Positions 22,426 to 31,965 of a stretch of 64,000 nucleotides of DNA are shown here, piece after piece; within the stretch, counting starts at the first letter, position 1; each line of letters opens with the position of its first letter. Location: contig JBBRLI010000003.1 in the NCBI GenBank assembly GCA_038231455.1, forward strand, positions 148,917-212,916, in the 5' to 3' direction. The notes beneath the pieces were generated by a model, which saw only the letters and a list, made by a program, of their open reading frames with translations, made no database searches and was not told the DNA's origin. Source of the stretch: Vulcanimicrobiales bacterium. Lineage in GTDB: Bacteria > Vulcanimicrobiota > Vulcanimicrobiia > Vulcanimicrobiales > Vulcanimicrobiaceae. The translations under genes and the position numbers were made by a program.

Positions 22426-22505
22426 GCTTTGTCTCTATCGTCGAAACGATCTCCAATCTTGAATCGCCCGACCGTCGCTCGCCACTTGCCCGCTAGAAAG
22501 TCCTC

Positions 22506-23711
22506 ATGAATACCGCATTCCAAACCGCCCTCAACGCGGACCTCGACCGCCTCAAGGAAGCCGGCACGTATAAAACGCTGCGGCACTTGACCTCGCCGAT
22601 GGCGGCCTCGGTGCATATGGAAGAAGCCGGCGACGTAATCGTCCTCTCCAGCAACAATTATTTGGGGCTGGCCGACGATCCCGCGATTGTCGATGCCGGG
22701 ATTGCCGGCTTGAAAAAATACGGCGCCGGAACCGCCTCGGTGCGCTTCATCTGCGGCACCTTCGACGTGCACCGCGATCTTGAGGACCGGATCGCCGAAC
22801 TGCTCTCGACAGAAGCCGCGCTTTCGTACGTGTCGTGCTGGGCGGCAAACGAAGGGCTGATGCCGACGATCGCCGGCCCCGGCTCGACGATCATCAGCGA
22901 CGAACTCAATCACGCATCGATCATTGACGGTTGCCGCCTGGCTTCACACGCGAAGCGCCTGCGTTTCAAGCATAGCGACATGGCTGAGCTTGAAGAGAAA
23001 CTGAAGAACAAAGAAGGCGACGGCCCGGTCTTCATCATTACCGACGGCGTGTTTTCGATGGAGGGCTCGATCGCAAACCTGCCCGCCATCGTCGCGCTTG
23101 CAAAAAAGTACGACGCGGTCACGATCGTCGATGACTCGCACGGCACCGGGGTGATGGGTAAGACGGGTCGCGGGACGATCGAGCACTACGGCCTCGAAGG
23201 TCAGATCGACATCATCACGGGGACGCTTGGCAAGGCGCTCGGCGGCGCCGCGGGCGGGTTTGTTGCCGGCAGCCGCGCGCTGATCGACACGCTCATCCAG
23301 CGCTCGCGCACGCAGCTTTTCTCAAACGCGCTGCCGCCGACCGTCGCTGCAAGCTCGCTTGCGTCGATCGATGCGCTCGAACAGCGTCCGCAGCTCGTTG
23401 AGAAACTGCGCGCGAATACCGCGTACTTCCGCGCCGGTCTCAAGCGGCTCGGCTACAAGCCGCTCGATGGCCCAAGTGCCATCGTGCCGATCATCGTCGG
23501 CGAGACGTCGTTTGCCATTGCGATGAGCGACAAGTTGCTCAAAGAGGGCGTGTTTGTAACGGGCTTTGGCTTCCCGGTCGTGCCCGAAGGCACGGCGCGC
23601 ATCCGGACGCAGCTCAGCGCCGCGCTTGAAACCGAACACCTCGATCGCGCGCTTGCGGCGTTCGAGCGGGTCGGAAGCGAACTCGGACTGATCGAGAAGG
23701 CCACCGTATAG
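22506..23711 (+). CDS. kbl: Glycine C-acetyltransferase (2-amino-3-ketobutyrate CoA ligase)
   Basis: SNNYLGLA, ASVRFICGT, LNHASIIDG, TDGVFSM, DDSHG, GTLGKALGG; near tdh. Confidence 0.95.
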   Translation: MNTAFQTALNADLDRLKEAGTYKTLRHLTSPMAASVHMEEAGDVIVLSSNNYLGLADDPAIVDAGIAGLKKYGAGTASVRFICGTFDVHRDLEDRIAELLSTEAALSYVSCWAANEGLMPTIAGPGSTIISDELNHASIIDGCRLASHAKRLRFKHSDMAELEEKLKNKEGDGPVFIITDGVFSMEGSIANLPAIVALAKKYDAVTIVDDSHGTGVMGKTGRGTIEHYGLEGQIDIITGTLGKALGGAAGGFVAGSRALIDTLIQRSRTQLFSNALPPTVAASSLASIDALEQRPQLVEKLRANTAYFRAGLKRLGYKPLDGPSAIVPIIVGETSFAIAMSDKLLKEGVFVTGFGFPVVPEGTARIRTQLSAALETEHLDRALAAFERVGSELGLIEKATV

Positions 23712-24943
23712 CGCTTGCGATCGACGCGATCGTCCTTGCGGCGATCGCGTGCATGCTCGTTCGCCCGTGGAGGGTGAGCGAAGTCGTCCCGGTGGGAATC
23801 GCCGCCGTTCTGCTCGTCGCAATCGGTGCGGTTTCGCCGAGGGCCGCGTGGACGGCGATCGCCGGCGGTTACGACGTCTACTTGTTTCTTGCGGGCATGA
23901 TGCTGCTCGCAGAAATTGCGCGTCGGCGTGGCCTCTTCGAATTGCTGGCCGCGCGCGCCGTTCGCGCTGCATGTGGGTCGCGTACGCGTCTCTTCGCCAT
24001 CGTGTATGGCGTGGGCGTGCTCGTCACGGTTTTTTTCTCGAATGACGCAACCGCCGTGGTGCTCACGCCGGCGGTTGCGGCGGCCGTTGCACGTGCGCGC
24101 ATCGCGCCGCTCCCGCATCTCTTTGCCTGTGCGTTCGTAGCGAACGCCGCGAGCTTCGTTCTCCCGATTTCCAATCCGGCGAATTTGGTGATTTACGGCG
24201 ACACGTTGCCGACACTTCTCGCGTGGGTCATCCCGTTTGCGCTTCCCTCGCTTGCGGCGATCGCCGTTACGTATGCAGTGATCCGCATCGCCTCGCGCGC
24301 CGACTTGCGCGGCGAGATGGCGAGTGCCGGCGTCATTCCAACGCTCGACCCAGCCCAAACGCGGACCAGCACTGCGCTCCTCGCGGTAGCGCTCGCACTG
24401 GTCGTCGCCTCATTCGCCGGTTTACCGATCGGCCTCGTTACCTTCGTCTGCGGCTTGGCGGCACTCTCGGTAAGCGTCCTATCGGATGTGCGACTCGGAG
24501 CGCAGATCGTGCGGGGCATCGACCTACCGGTCTTGGGCCTCGTTGCTGGGCTCTTCGTTCTCGTCGACGCGCTCACGGCGAGCGGCGCGCTCCGCCTTGC
24601 TGATGCGTTCTTCGATTCGCTCGTGCATCTGCCAACCGTGCTGGCCAATCTCGCGGGGTCTGCAAGTGTCGGGTTGCTCGCGAACTTTGCGAACAATTTG
24701 CCGGTCGGCCTTGCGATGCGCACAGCCGCCAGCTCCCTCCACGGACACGAGACATTCGTGCGTGCGGGGGTCATCGGCGTCGACCTCGGTCCGAATCTCT
24801 CGATCACGGGTTCGCTTGCGACGATTCTGTGGATGAATGCCCTGCGGCGCGCAAGCGTGCCGATGAACGCGTGGCTGTTCTTGCGCCTTGGCGCGGTGGC
24901 CATGCCGCTGGCGCTGCTCGCAGCCAGCCTGGTTTTGCGCTAA
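23708..24943 (+). CDS. ArsB/NhaD-family (ion transporter superfamily) membrane transporter
   Basis: SNDATAVVLTP, ANAASFVLPISNPANLV, ANNLP, GPNLSITGSLATILW; first canonical ATG is 23753, but the first TM helix extends to ATA 23708. Confidence 0.88.
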   Translation: MALAIDAIVLAAIACMLVRPWRVSEVVPVGIAAVLLVAIGAVSPRAAWTAIAGGYDVYLFLAGMMLLAEIARRRGLFELLAARAVRAACGSRTRLFAIVYGVGVLVTVFFSNDATAVVLTPAVAAAVARARIAPLPHLFACAFVANAASFVLPISNPANLVIYGDTLPTLLAWVIPFALPSLAAIAVTYAVIRIASRADLRGEMASAGVIPTLDPAQTRTSTALLAVALALVVASFAGLPIGLVTFVCGLAALSVSVLSDVRLGAQIVRGIDLPVLGLVAGLFVLVDALTASGALRLADAFFDSLVHLPTVLANLAGSASVGLLANFANNLPVGLAMRTAASSLHGHETFVRAGVIGVDLGPNLSITGSLATILWMNALRRASVPMNAWLFLRLGAVAMPLALLAASLVLR

Positions 24944-25063
24944 CGAGCAGGCCTCGACCCATTTCCGGCCCGTTTTGTTCCCGCCCCTTGTCGAATGAAG
25001 CTCGAATCAGCTAAGACAATTGTCGGATGACCCGGACACTCGTAAAGCCGCATCATCCGAGGC

Positions 25064-25531
25064 ATGCGTGTGTATCGTTTGGCGATCTTTTTGGTGTCTG
25101 GGCTCTTTGCGTTGCCGCTGGCTGCCGGAGCTGCGAAGTCGTTCGGGGGCCCAAGCGGCTGGAATCACGATGTCGTCGCCCAGGGCGGTGGCGGCCGGAC
25201 ACAGGACGTCTGGAAGGCACCCGACGCGACTGAAGTGCTGTCCGTTATTGCCGACGCGGCAACTAGCTTCGACGATGCGATCGGCATGATCCGCAAGAAT
25301 GCGATCGACAGTAAATTGCGCTTCGGCCTGGATAAGGACCTAATGTGCGATGGTCGCAAGGCGCATCTCTTCGAAATGGCGATGGGCGATTCGAAGAAGA
25401 CACTCTTCAACGTGACGGTGGTCTCCGATGGCTCGGGTATGGAGCGCATCACCTACTCGCGCCCCGATGGGAACCGCTTTTCGAGCGACGTGAAAGACGC
25501 GCTGAGCAGCTACTGCGGCACCCCGCAGTAG
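25064..25531 (+). CDS. Secreted hypothetical protein
   Basis: Signal peptide, GPSGW, two Cys; start ATG 25064 or GTG 25070. Confidence 0.7.
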   Translation: MRVYRLAIFLVSGLFALPLAAGAAKSFGGPSGWNHDVVAQGGGGRTQDVWKAPDATEVLSVIADAATSFDDAIGMIRKNAIDSKLRFGLDKDLMCDGRKAHLFEMAMGDSKKTLFNVTVVSDGSGMERITYSRPDGNRFSSDVKDALSSYCGTPQ

Positions 25532-25597
25532 CCGAGCGAACAAAGAAGTCGCTCGCGCTCATGGAAGAGGCCATCAACCTCTTCCGGAGCTGACTCT

Positions 25598-27214
25598 TTG
25601 AAGAAGATCGTTATTGCAAGCGCTTGTGCGCTTGCGCTGTTTTGCTCGGTTGTTGCCGGCGCATCGGCGTCGACGTACGCGGTTGAAGAAAAATCCGTCG
25701 CGCAACTTCAGGCCGATTTGACCCGTGGTGCCGTGTCCTCGCAGACGCTCGTCCGCGCCTATCTCGCGCGCATTGCGGCGATGGATCGCACCGGCCCCGC
25801 GCTGCACAGTATCATCGCGCTCAATCCGCACGCACTTGCCGATGCGCGCGCGCTCGATGCCGAACGACATTCGGGCAATGTGCGCGGCCCGCTGCACGGC
25901 ATCCCCGTGCTGATTAAAGATAATATCGAATCGGACGACGGCACGGCGACGACCGCCGGTTCCGATGCGCTCGCGCTCAACGTGACGCACCGCGACGCAC
26001 CGCTCGTCAAGCGCCTCAAAGCCGCGGGCGCGATCATCCTAGGCAAAACGAATCTCTCGGAGTGGGCGAACATTCGCTCGACGCATTCGATCAGTGGCTG
26101 GTCATCGCGCGGTGGCCTGGTGAAAAATCCGTACGCGCTGGATCGCAATGCGTGCGGCTCCTCATCGGGTACCGGCGCGTCGATTGCGGCGAGCTTCGCT
26201 GCGGTCGGCGTCGGGACAGAAACCGATGGTTCGGTGACGTGTCCCGCGGCACTCAACGGACTCGTCGGTCTCAAACCCACGGTTGGCCTCGTCTCACGCT
26301 CGCGCGTCGTGCCGATCTCGCACACGCAAGACACGCCCGGACCGATGGGCCGCAGCGTCGCCGATGTCGCCGCGCTTTTGCAGGGGCTTGCGGGGAGCGA
26401 TCCGGCCGATGTTGCCACAAAAGACGCCGACGCGCACAAGGCAAATTATCTTGCGGCACTCAAGGGCGCATCGCTTCACGGCAAGCGTTTTGGACTGCTG
26501 ACGTTTGCCTCGCACACCGGCTATCCGCTAGAAGATGCGGTCTTCGCAAATGCCGTGGCTTTACTCAAAGCGCAAGGCGCAACAGTCGTCGTGCTCAAGG
26601 ACTACAAACCCGATCCGAAGATCGGTGACTACGAAGACACGGTGCTTGCAACCGAACTCAAAGCCGACCTCAACGCATATTTAGCGACGACGCCCAAAGC
26701 CGTGCAATCGCGCACGCTCGCAGATCTCATCGCGTTCAACAATACCCATCCGCGCGAACTGAGCCTCTTCGGACAAGAGTACTTCAACCGTGCGCAAAAA
26801 CTCGGCGGCCTCGATGATCCCAAGTACATCAAAGCGCACGATGAAGCAAAGCGCCTCGCCGGTGCCGAGGGTATCGACAAACTCATCATCGAGAACAATC
26901 TCGACGCGCTGATCGCACCGAGCTACGGGCCGGCGTATCGCACCGACATCGTCACCGGCGATCATAGCTCCGGTGATTCATCGTCGCTCCCGGCGGTCGC
27001 GGGCTACCCGCATCTCACGGTGCCGATGGGGTATACGCGGGGACTGCCCGTCGGCATCTCGTTCATCGGCCGCGCGTGGACGGACGATCGACTGCTGGCG
27101 ATCGGGGCCGCATTCGAACGGGTAAACCACGTTCGTCACGCACCCACCTATGCGAAGAGTGTGGAAACGACTCCCGCGATCGCACCGTATTTGGCACCGG
27201 CGCCTGAACGGTGA
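25598..27214 (+). CDS. Secreted amidase-signature family enzyme
   Basis: GPLHGIPVLIKDNI, GKTNLSEWAN, GSSSG, GTETDGSV; signal peptide. Confidence 0.95.
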   Translation: MKKIVIASACALALFCSVVAGASASTYAVEEKSVAQLQADLTRGAVSSQTLVRAYLARIAAMDRTGPALHSIIALNPHALADARALDAERHSGNVRGPLHGIPVLIKDNIESDDGTATTAGSDALALNVTHRDAPLVKRLKAAGAIILGKTNLSEWANIRSTHSISGWSSRGGLVKNPYALDRNACGSSSGTGASIAASFAAVGVGTETDGSVTCPAALNGLVGLKPTVGLVSRSRVVPISHTQDTPGPMGRSVADVAALLQGLAGSDPADVATKDADAHKANYLAALKGASLHGKRFGLLTFASHTGYPLEDAVFANAVALLKAQGATVVVLKDYKPDPKIGDYEDTVLATELKADLNAYLATTPKAVQSRTLADLIAFNNTHPRELSLFGQEYFNRAQKLGGLDDPKYIKAHDEAKRLAGAEGIDKLIIENNLDALIAPSYGPAYRTDIVTGDHSSGDSSSLPAVAGYPHLTVPMGYTRGLPVGISFIGRAWTDDRLLAIGAAFERVNHVRHAPTYAKSVETTPAIAPYLAPAPER

Positions 27215-27286
27215 GGAACTCGAGTCCTGGGATCAGAACGGGAGCGCACCGAGGCCAGGTCCTCTCGTTTCGGTGAAGGGTGCCCG

Positions 27287-27895
27287 ATGATCGGAGATGC
27301 TACCATGCCTTCTCGGTTTTTCAAGGTGTTCGCGGCGGTCGTTCTCGTCGGGCTCTTGCGAGCATCGGCCGATGCTCAACCGCACGCGTTCACGACGCTG
27401 TCGACGGGCGCAGGCAAGTGCCTCGACGTCATCAACGACGGGAAGAACGACAAGCTGCGGATGTTCACGTGCGGGAATTATTCCGGACAGTCGTGGAGCA
27501 TCGTGGAAACGCGCACGGCCGGTCACTATCGATTGACCAACGATTTCACCGGAACCCGCAAATGCGTGGATGTCGCAAATGACGGTCAGAACGATCGGCT
27601 CAAGATGGTTACGTGCGGGAACTTCAGCGGTCAATTCTGGTCGATCAACGCAACGAAGCGCGCCGGATTCTATCACTTGAAAAACGAGTTTACCGGATCG
27701 AGTAAATGCCTCGCGGTCACCGGTGGCACGCAGGTCGCTCTCCAAGACTGCGCCGACTTCGCGGGCCAGTACTGGAGCACGCAGCTCCCGCTGCAGTTTC
27801 TTCAATCGCATAACGAAAACGAAAAGAGCAGTCTCAAAGCAAATCCGCTCTTTGACCGAAACGGTCGCCGCGTGGTTCGAATTCCTCCGGGGTGA
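27287..27895 (+). CDS. Secreted ricin-type beta-trefoil lectin-domain protein
   Basis: Three ~47-aa repeats KCLDV...C....GQ.W. Confidence 0.85.
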   Translation: MIGDATMPSRFFKVFAAVVLVGLLRASADAQPHAFTTLSTGAGKCLDVINDGKNDKLRMFTCGNYSGQSWSIVETRTAGHYRLTNDFTGTRKCVDVANDGQNDRLKMVTCGNFSGQFWSINATKRAGFYHLKNEFTGSSKCLAVTGGTQVALQDCADFAGQYWSTQLPLQFLQSHNENEKSSLKANPLFDRNGRRVVRIPPG

Positions 27896-27959
27896 AGTCA
27901 CGTTCGGATCAAGGTTCCAATTGAGGACCCGCCGACCGGGGCCAAGAAGACCAACCGGG

Positions 27960-29120
27960 ATGGATTCTGGATTCCTCGATAGCGGACCGTGGGTTGAATC
28001 CAACCGGTTTGCCGAGTTGCTCTCCGAGCGCAATCTCAATGCGCGTGAGCGCTCGATTGCCGAGCGATACCACCGCGATGGATTCGTGGTCATCGAGGAT
28101 GTCGATGTTGTCGCCGACATCGATACGGGACAGATGTGGGAAGCGATCGCCGCGGAGTGCGCTTCCGGTCGCGTTCACGGGAACGTCGATCGCGCGACCG
28201 ATGCCTTTCGCGTGTGTCGTCCCGTCTATGAGATCGCCACGCATCCCGCCGTTACTAGCGTCCTACGCATGCTCTACGGGCGCGAGCCGCGTCCGTTTCA
28301 AACGCTGAATTTCATGCACGGCACCGAGCAAGAAACGCACAGCGATACAATCCACTTTTCCTCGAAGCCGGAGCGCTTCATGTGCGGCGTGTGGCTCGCG
28401 CTCGAAGATATCACGCTCGCGCAAGGCCCGCTGCACTACTACGAGGGGTCGCAAAAACTGCCCGAATTCGATTACGAAGATTTAGGCATTCCCGCGATCA
28501 CCGGAGTGCAGAACTGGGGCAATCCACAGACGCGCGAGCGCTACACGCAATACGAGAAGAAGATCTCCGAGCTTGCGCGCGAGAGTGGCTTCAAGCGCAG
28601 CGAGCTTGCAATAAAAAAAGGGTCGTTCCTCATTTGGGCGTCCAATTTGCTGCACGGCGGAAATCCGCGTGAGAATCCAATTCTCACCCGCAAGAGTCAA
28701 GTCACGCACTACTACTTCGACGACACGATCCGCTTCACGCCGATGTTCTCCGAGAAGTCCAAAAGCGTGTATGCGGCCCGCTTCATCGACGATATGACCA
28801 CCGGCGATCCACTTCCGGATCGAATCAACGATCGTCCCGTCGTGTGGCTGCCCAGTGGGATGCGAGAATCGTTCCGAGTCTTCGATACCGCTGAAGCAGC
28901 CCGGCTCGAAAGACAGTATCTCGGGCGATATCGCGACGTTCGTGATTCCGCTCTCGGAAAATCGGAGTTCGCCTTCTCGCATTTCTCGCGCGTTGGGGCT
29001 CGGGAAAACCGGGAGTTTTTGAACACGGAGCGATCGGTTGCAGAGTTCGCCGTGCGTGAGGGCGCCAGACAATTCCTCGCGTTAGCCCGGCGAGTGAAGC
29101 GAAAACTAACCCCGTCCTAA
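27960..29120 (+). CDS. Phytanoyl-CoA dioxygenase (PhyH)-family Fe(II)/2OG oxygenase
   Basis: FQTLNF..GTEQ.THSD, GVWLALEDI, GPLHYY.GS, LLHGG, TRKSQVTHY. Confidence 0.88.
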   Translation: MDSGFLDSGPWVESNRFAELLSERNLNARERSIAERYHRDGFVVIEDVDVVADIDTGQMWEAIAAECASGRVHGNVDRATDAFRVCRPVYEIATHPAVTSVLRMLYGREPRPFQTLNFMHGTEQETHSDTIHFSSKPERFMCGVWLALEDITLAQGPLHYYEGSQKLPEFDYEDLGIPAITGVQNWGNPQTRERYTQYEKKISELARESGFKRSELAIKKGSFLIWASNLLHGGNPRENPILTRKSQVTHYYFDDTIRFTPMFSEKSKSVYAARFIDDMTTGDPLPDRINDRPVVWLPSGMRESFRVFDTAEAARLERQYLGRYRDVRDSALGKSEFAFSHFSRVGARENREFLNTERSVAEFAVREGARQFLALARRVKRKLTPS

Positions 29121-29168
29121 CTGCCGTCGACGGTCGAAATGTCGTGCACTCCTACAACGAGGCTGACC

Positions 29169-29858
29169 CTACTTCATTTGTGGGAAGATGTGCGTAATTT
29201 TACCGAACGGAGAAGCGGGTTTTCCTTTCATCGGACCGCCCCAAATCTTGCCGACTCGTTGCACGCAACCGAATAGATGAGAGTCCAGCGAATTGTTTGC
29301 CGCGTCACCCATCACGAAATAACATCCATCCGGTAGTCGATCGGCGCTTTGGAAGAAACTCGCGGGAGGGACGTTCTGTCCGTCATTTCGGAGATCTGTC
29401 GAACCGTCGACGTAAATCGTTTTCGACGCGATAACAAGATCGTAATTCGGAGATCTCGAACCTTTTGGCAGCAAATAACGCTTGCCGTTCACGAATATCT
29501 GCGAGTGGCGAATTTCGAGTTTGTCCCCTGGCAGGGCGATGATCCGTTTTATCCATGGATTTTCCGATACGATCGGTGGGTCGAATACGATGATGTCTCC
29601 ACGCGCGGGAGACGTTCGATCGTATGCGGTCATATCGTCGAGCAGCGTCGCCCCTTTCGGTATCGTGGGCTCCATGGTTGGAGCGCTCATCGAAAAAGAG
29701 CGGTAACGGTGACCGGGGAGCATTTCTTTGCTCACAACTTGCCCACGTTGGTACCATTTCTGAATCGTTGTGAAAATGTCCGATGCGCTCGCAGTCCCTC
29801 GAGAGACGATCACGAGCAAAATGAACGCTGCCGATGAGGCCAAAATTCGCAGCGTCAT
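29169..29858 (-). CDS. Signal peptidase I (S26) homolog with altered catalytic box
   Basis: TMEPT box, RGDIIVF, IKRIIALPGD, YFVMGD..NNSLDSH.FG. Confidence 0.85.
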   Translation of the reverse strand: MTLRILASSAAFILLVIVSRGTASASDIFTTIQKWYQRGQVVSKEMLPGHRYRSFSMSAPTMEPTIPKGATLLDDMTAYDRTSPARGDIIVFDPPIVSENPWIKRIIALPGDKLEIRHSQIFVNGKRYLLPKGSRSPNYDLVIASKTIYVDGSTDLRNDGQNVPPASFFQSADRLPDGCYFVMGDAANNSLDSHLFGCVQRVGKIWGGPMKGKPASPFGKITHIFPQMK

Positions 29859-30040
29859 TCTCACCCGCAAACTTTTTCTCAAAAACGTAATCCATTGCAG
29901 TGCACATAATCGCCAGCCATGCCAGTGCCTTCGACGGGCGTCTGGCAGATTCTGCACCGTGCTCCGATTCCCGCGCGCGGCAGTTTGGTTTGCTGCGATA
30001 GCGAATCGATGACATATTCGATTGTATCTGGGGTGTCATT

Positions 30041-30407
30041 ATGTGGACCGTGCCAAGTCTTCGTCTGCTTGCTCTTGTTTTTGTTTCCGGGCTCTTTAGC
30101 GCATGCGGTGGTGGCAGTTCGGGATCGAGCGTCCTACTCGATTGCCGTGGTCGAGGCGCAAGCACTTGAGTTCGATCTTCTTGGGCGCTTGATTATCGGC
30201 CAGAACAACTCGATCATCATGACCTCGAACGGACAGACGAAGGTCACATTGCCCAACGTAACGCCGGTTTACATGAACGTCGGGAAAGACGGTTCGTTCG
30301 CCTACGCCGGGTACAACAATGCCTCGCAGGTTTTCCAAGTCGACGGCCGCGTCGTGACGATCAGCACGAGCCCCTATCAGTCCCTCGGCATCGCGATCTC
30401 ACCCTGA
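30041..30407 (+). pseudogene. Internally deleted / frameshifted lipoprotein (beta-propeller-like) remnant
   Basis: ATG 30041 gives lipobox LFSA-CGGGSSGSS, then a stop at 30167; a beta-rich C-terminus (...SLGIAISP) continues in another frame to 30407. Confidence 0.6.
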
Positions 30408-30453
30408 AGACGGTGACCGTCCTTCGATTGATTGAACTGCGAGGTGAATTGGG

Positions 30454-31146
30454 ATGGCGGACTATCTGGGCGAGTTAAATCGGATTGTAGAGTATTTTGC
30501 GGATCGGCCTGACGTCGTAGCGATCGCGGCAATTGGTGGTGGCACATCAGCGGAATTCTTAATGCTCTCGGAGCTGTACGAGAGTTACGTTACGAGCGAT
30601 GATTGGTGGCGAGGGCTCAAAATTACGCTAGAGACGAGCAGCAGGCGAGGCCGACTCGTCGAGCAGCGCTGCATAGTCGCTGACGTCGGAGTTACACTTC
30701 TTTTCGGAGATCCTAGTTGGTTATTCTCCGACTCTCCGTCTGCGGAAATTTTGCAAATACTGGGCTCACGAATCTATGAACTGCATGACCCTAGCGGGCT
30801 GATCAAGTCGCTTCAGGAGAAGTCCGGCGTAGAATACATTGGGTTCGCAGACGAAAGCGAAATTGCACAATACGGCGATATTTCAAGCGATTTTTTTCGG
30901 CTCGTTGGTTTGGGAACAGCGGGCTTTATATCGAATGACTCAACGCTGACTGACTGGTGTGATGCATCAGGCCTACCCTTGGATCACGCGAATGCGCGGA
31001 TAAGGGAGCTTTACGACGTCGATGTTGCCGATCTCAACGGAGGGCGGCTGACAGATATTTTTCAACGGATTGCGCAGGGCGAGCCGTACCAAGCGTGGCG
31101 CATCAAACGGGCGACAGACGAAAACGGTCCGCCGTTCGTTAATTAG
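30454..31146 (+). CDS. Hypothetical protein (possible nucleotidyltransferase-like N-terminal half fused to a small acidic domain)
   Basis: GAGGTG RBS, 230-aa ORF, atypical AT-richer codon usage. Confidence 0.6.
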   Translation: MADYLGELNRIVEYFADRPDVVAIAAIGGGTSAEFLMLSELYESYVTSDDWWRGLKITLETSSRRGRLVEQRCIVADVGVTLLFGDPSWLFSDSPSAEILQILGSRIYELHDPSGLIKSLQEKSGVEYIGFADESEIAQYGDISSDFFRLVGLGTAGFISNDSTLTDWCDASGLPLDHANARIRELYDVDVADLNGGRLTDIFQRIAQGEPYQAWRIKRATDENGPPFVN

Positions 31147-31189
31147 CGTGATACGTTGAATTGATAGCAGCATAAATAGCGATGTCGAT

Positions 31190-31400
31190 ACCGTCTCGCT
31201 GTGGGCAAACGCGCACCGCGTCGAATCCGCCGCGGTACAGGACACGGCCCGACGTTCTCGCGACCATGAATCGGGCGACGTTTCCAGATCGCTTGACTCC
31301 CGAGCTCATTCAACCCGTCCTCGATGTGGCGGCACACGACGGGGTCGTCAAGCCGGTTCGCGCCGTCACGCTGTTGTCGTCGTTCCGACCGCTCTACTCG
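31190..31400 (+). pseudogene. C-terminal remnant of an NMT1/SsuA-type ABC substrate-binding protein
   Basis: WANAHRVESAA in one frame, then PDVLATMNRATFPDRLTPELIQPVLDVAA in another; no N-terminus. Confidence 0.5.
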
Positions 31401-31550
31401 ACGTTATCCGAGTGGAGACGTCAGACCACTCGCTTTCCTCAGAGATTGGAGGTCGTTCCATACATAAACACGGTCGATAAAGACGCGCATTTACCCAACT
31501 GAAAGCGGGTCTCCAAAGTCGAACCTTCTCTCGTGCTACATCGAAGAGTT

Positions 31551-31787
31551 CTATTCTGAACTCTGAGTCGGCTCCCAAAGATACGGCCCGTCGCCTTCGG
31601 AAAATCGCTCCCTGATTTTCAAGATAACGTCACTCTCGGTCACGCCCATCTTACTAGCCGCATCACTCACCAAACGCTCGATCTCGTCGAGACCGTCGAT
31701 ATTAGCGGCGAGCGCTGGGATCATCCGCGTTCGTTGGAGATTCTGCGCACGCTCTTCGTTAGACGGGGTTCTGGACGGTATCCGCAT
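31551..31787 (-). CDS. Small hypothetical protein (78 aa)
   Basis: AGGAG RBS before ATG 31787 (MRIPSRTPS...). Confidence 0.5.
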   Translation of the reverse strand: MRIPSRTPSNEERAQNLQRTRMIPALAANIDGLDEIERLVSDAASKMGVTESDVILKIRERFSEGDGPYLWEPTQSSE

Positions 31788-31936
31788 TGTGTTAGGCTCC
31801 TGCTTCGGATAATCAGAAGTAAGGCGCCGAATGCTCGGCACATATTCCTCGCGGGCGATTCGACGAGAAACGTAACCGACCGCCAGCGATCGAAGAATAT
31901 TCTGATGGCAACTGAATGGCAACCGCGGCCGATTTG

Positions 31937-31965
31937 AAAAAGAAAAACCCTCGTAAAAACGAGGG
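31937..31965 (-). terminator. Intrinsic terminator of tRNA-fMet
   Basis: Minus strand CCCTCGT-TTTT-ACGAGGG followed by TTTTTCTTTTT. Confidence 0.85.
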
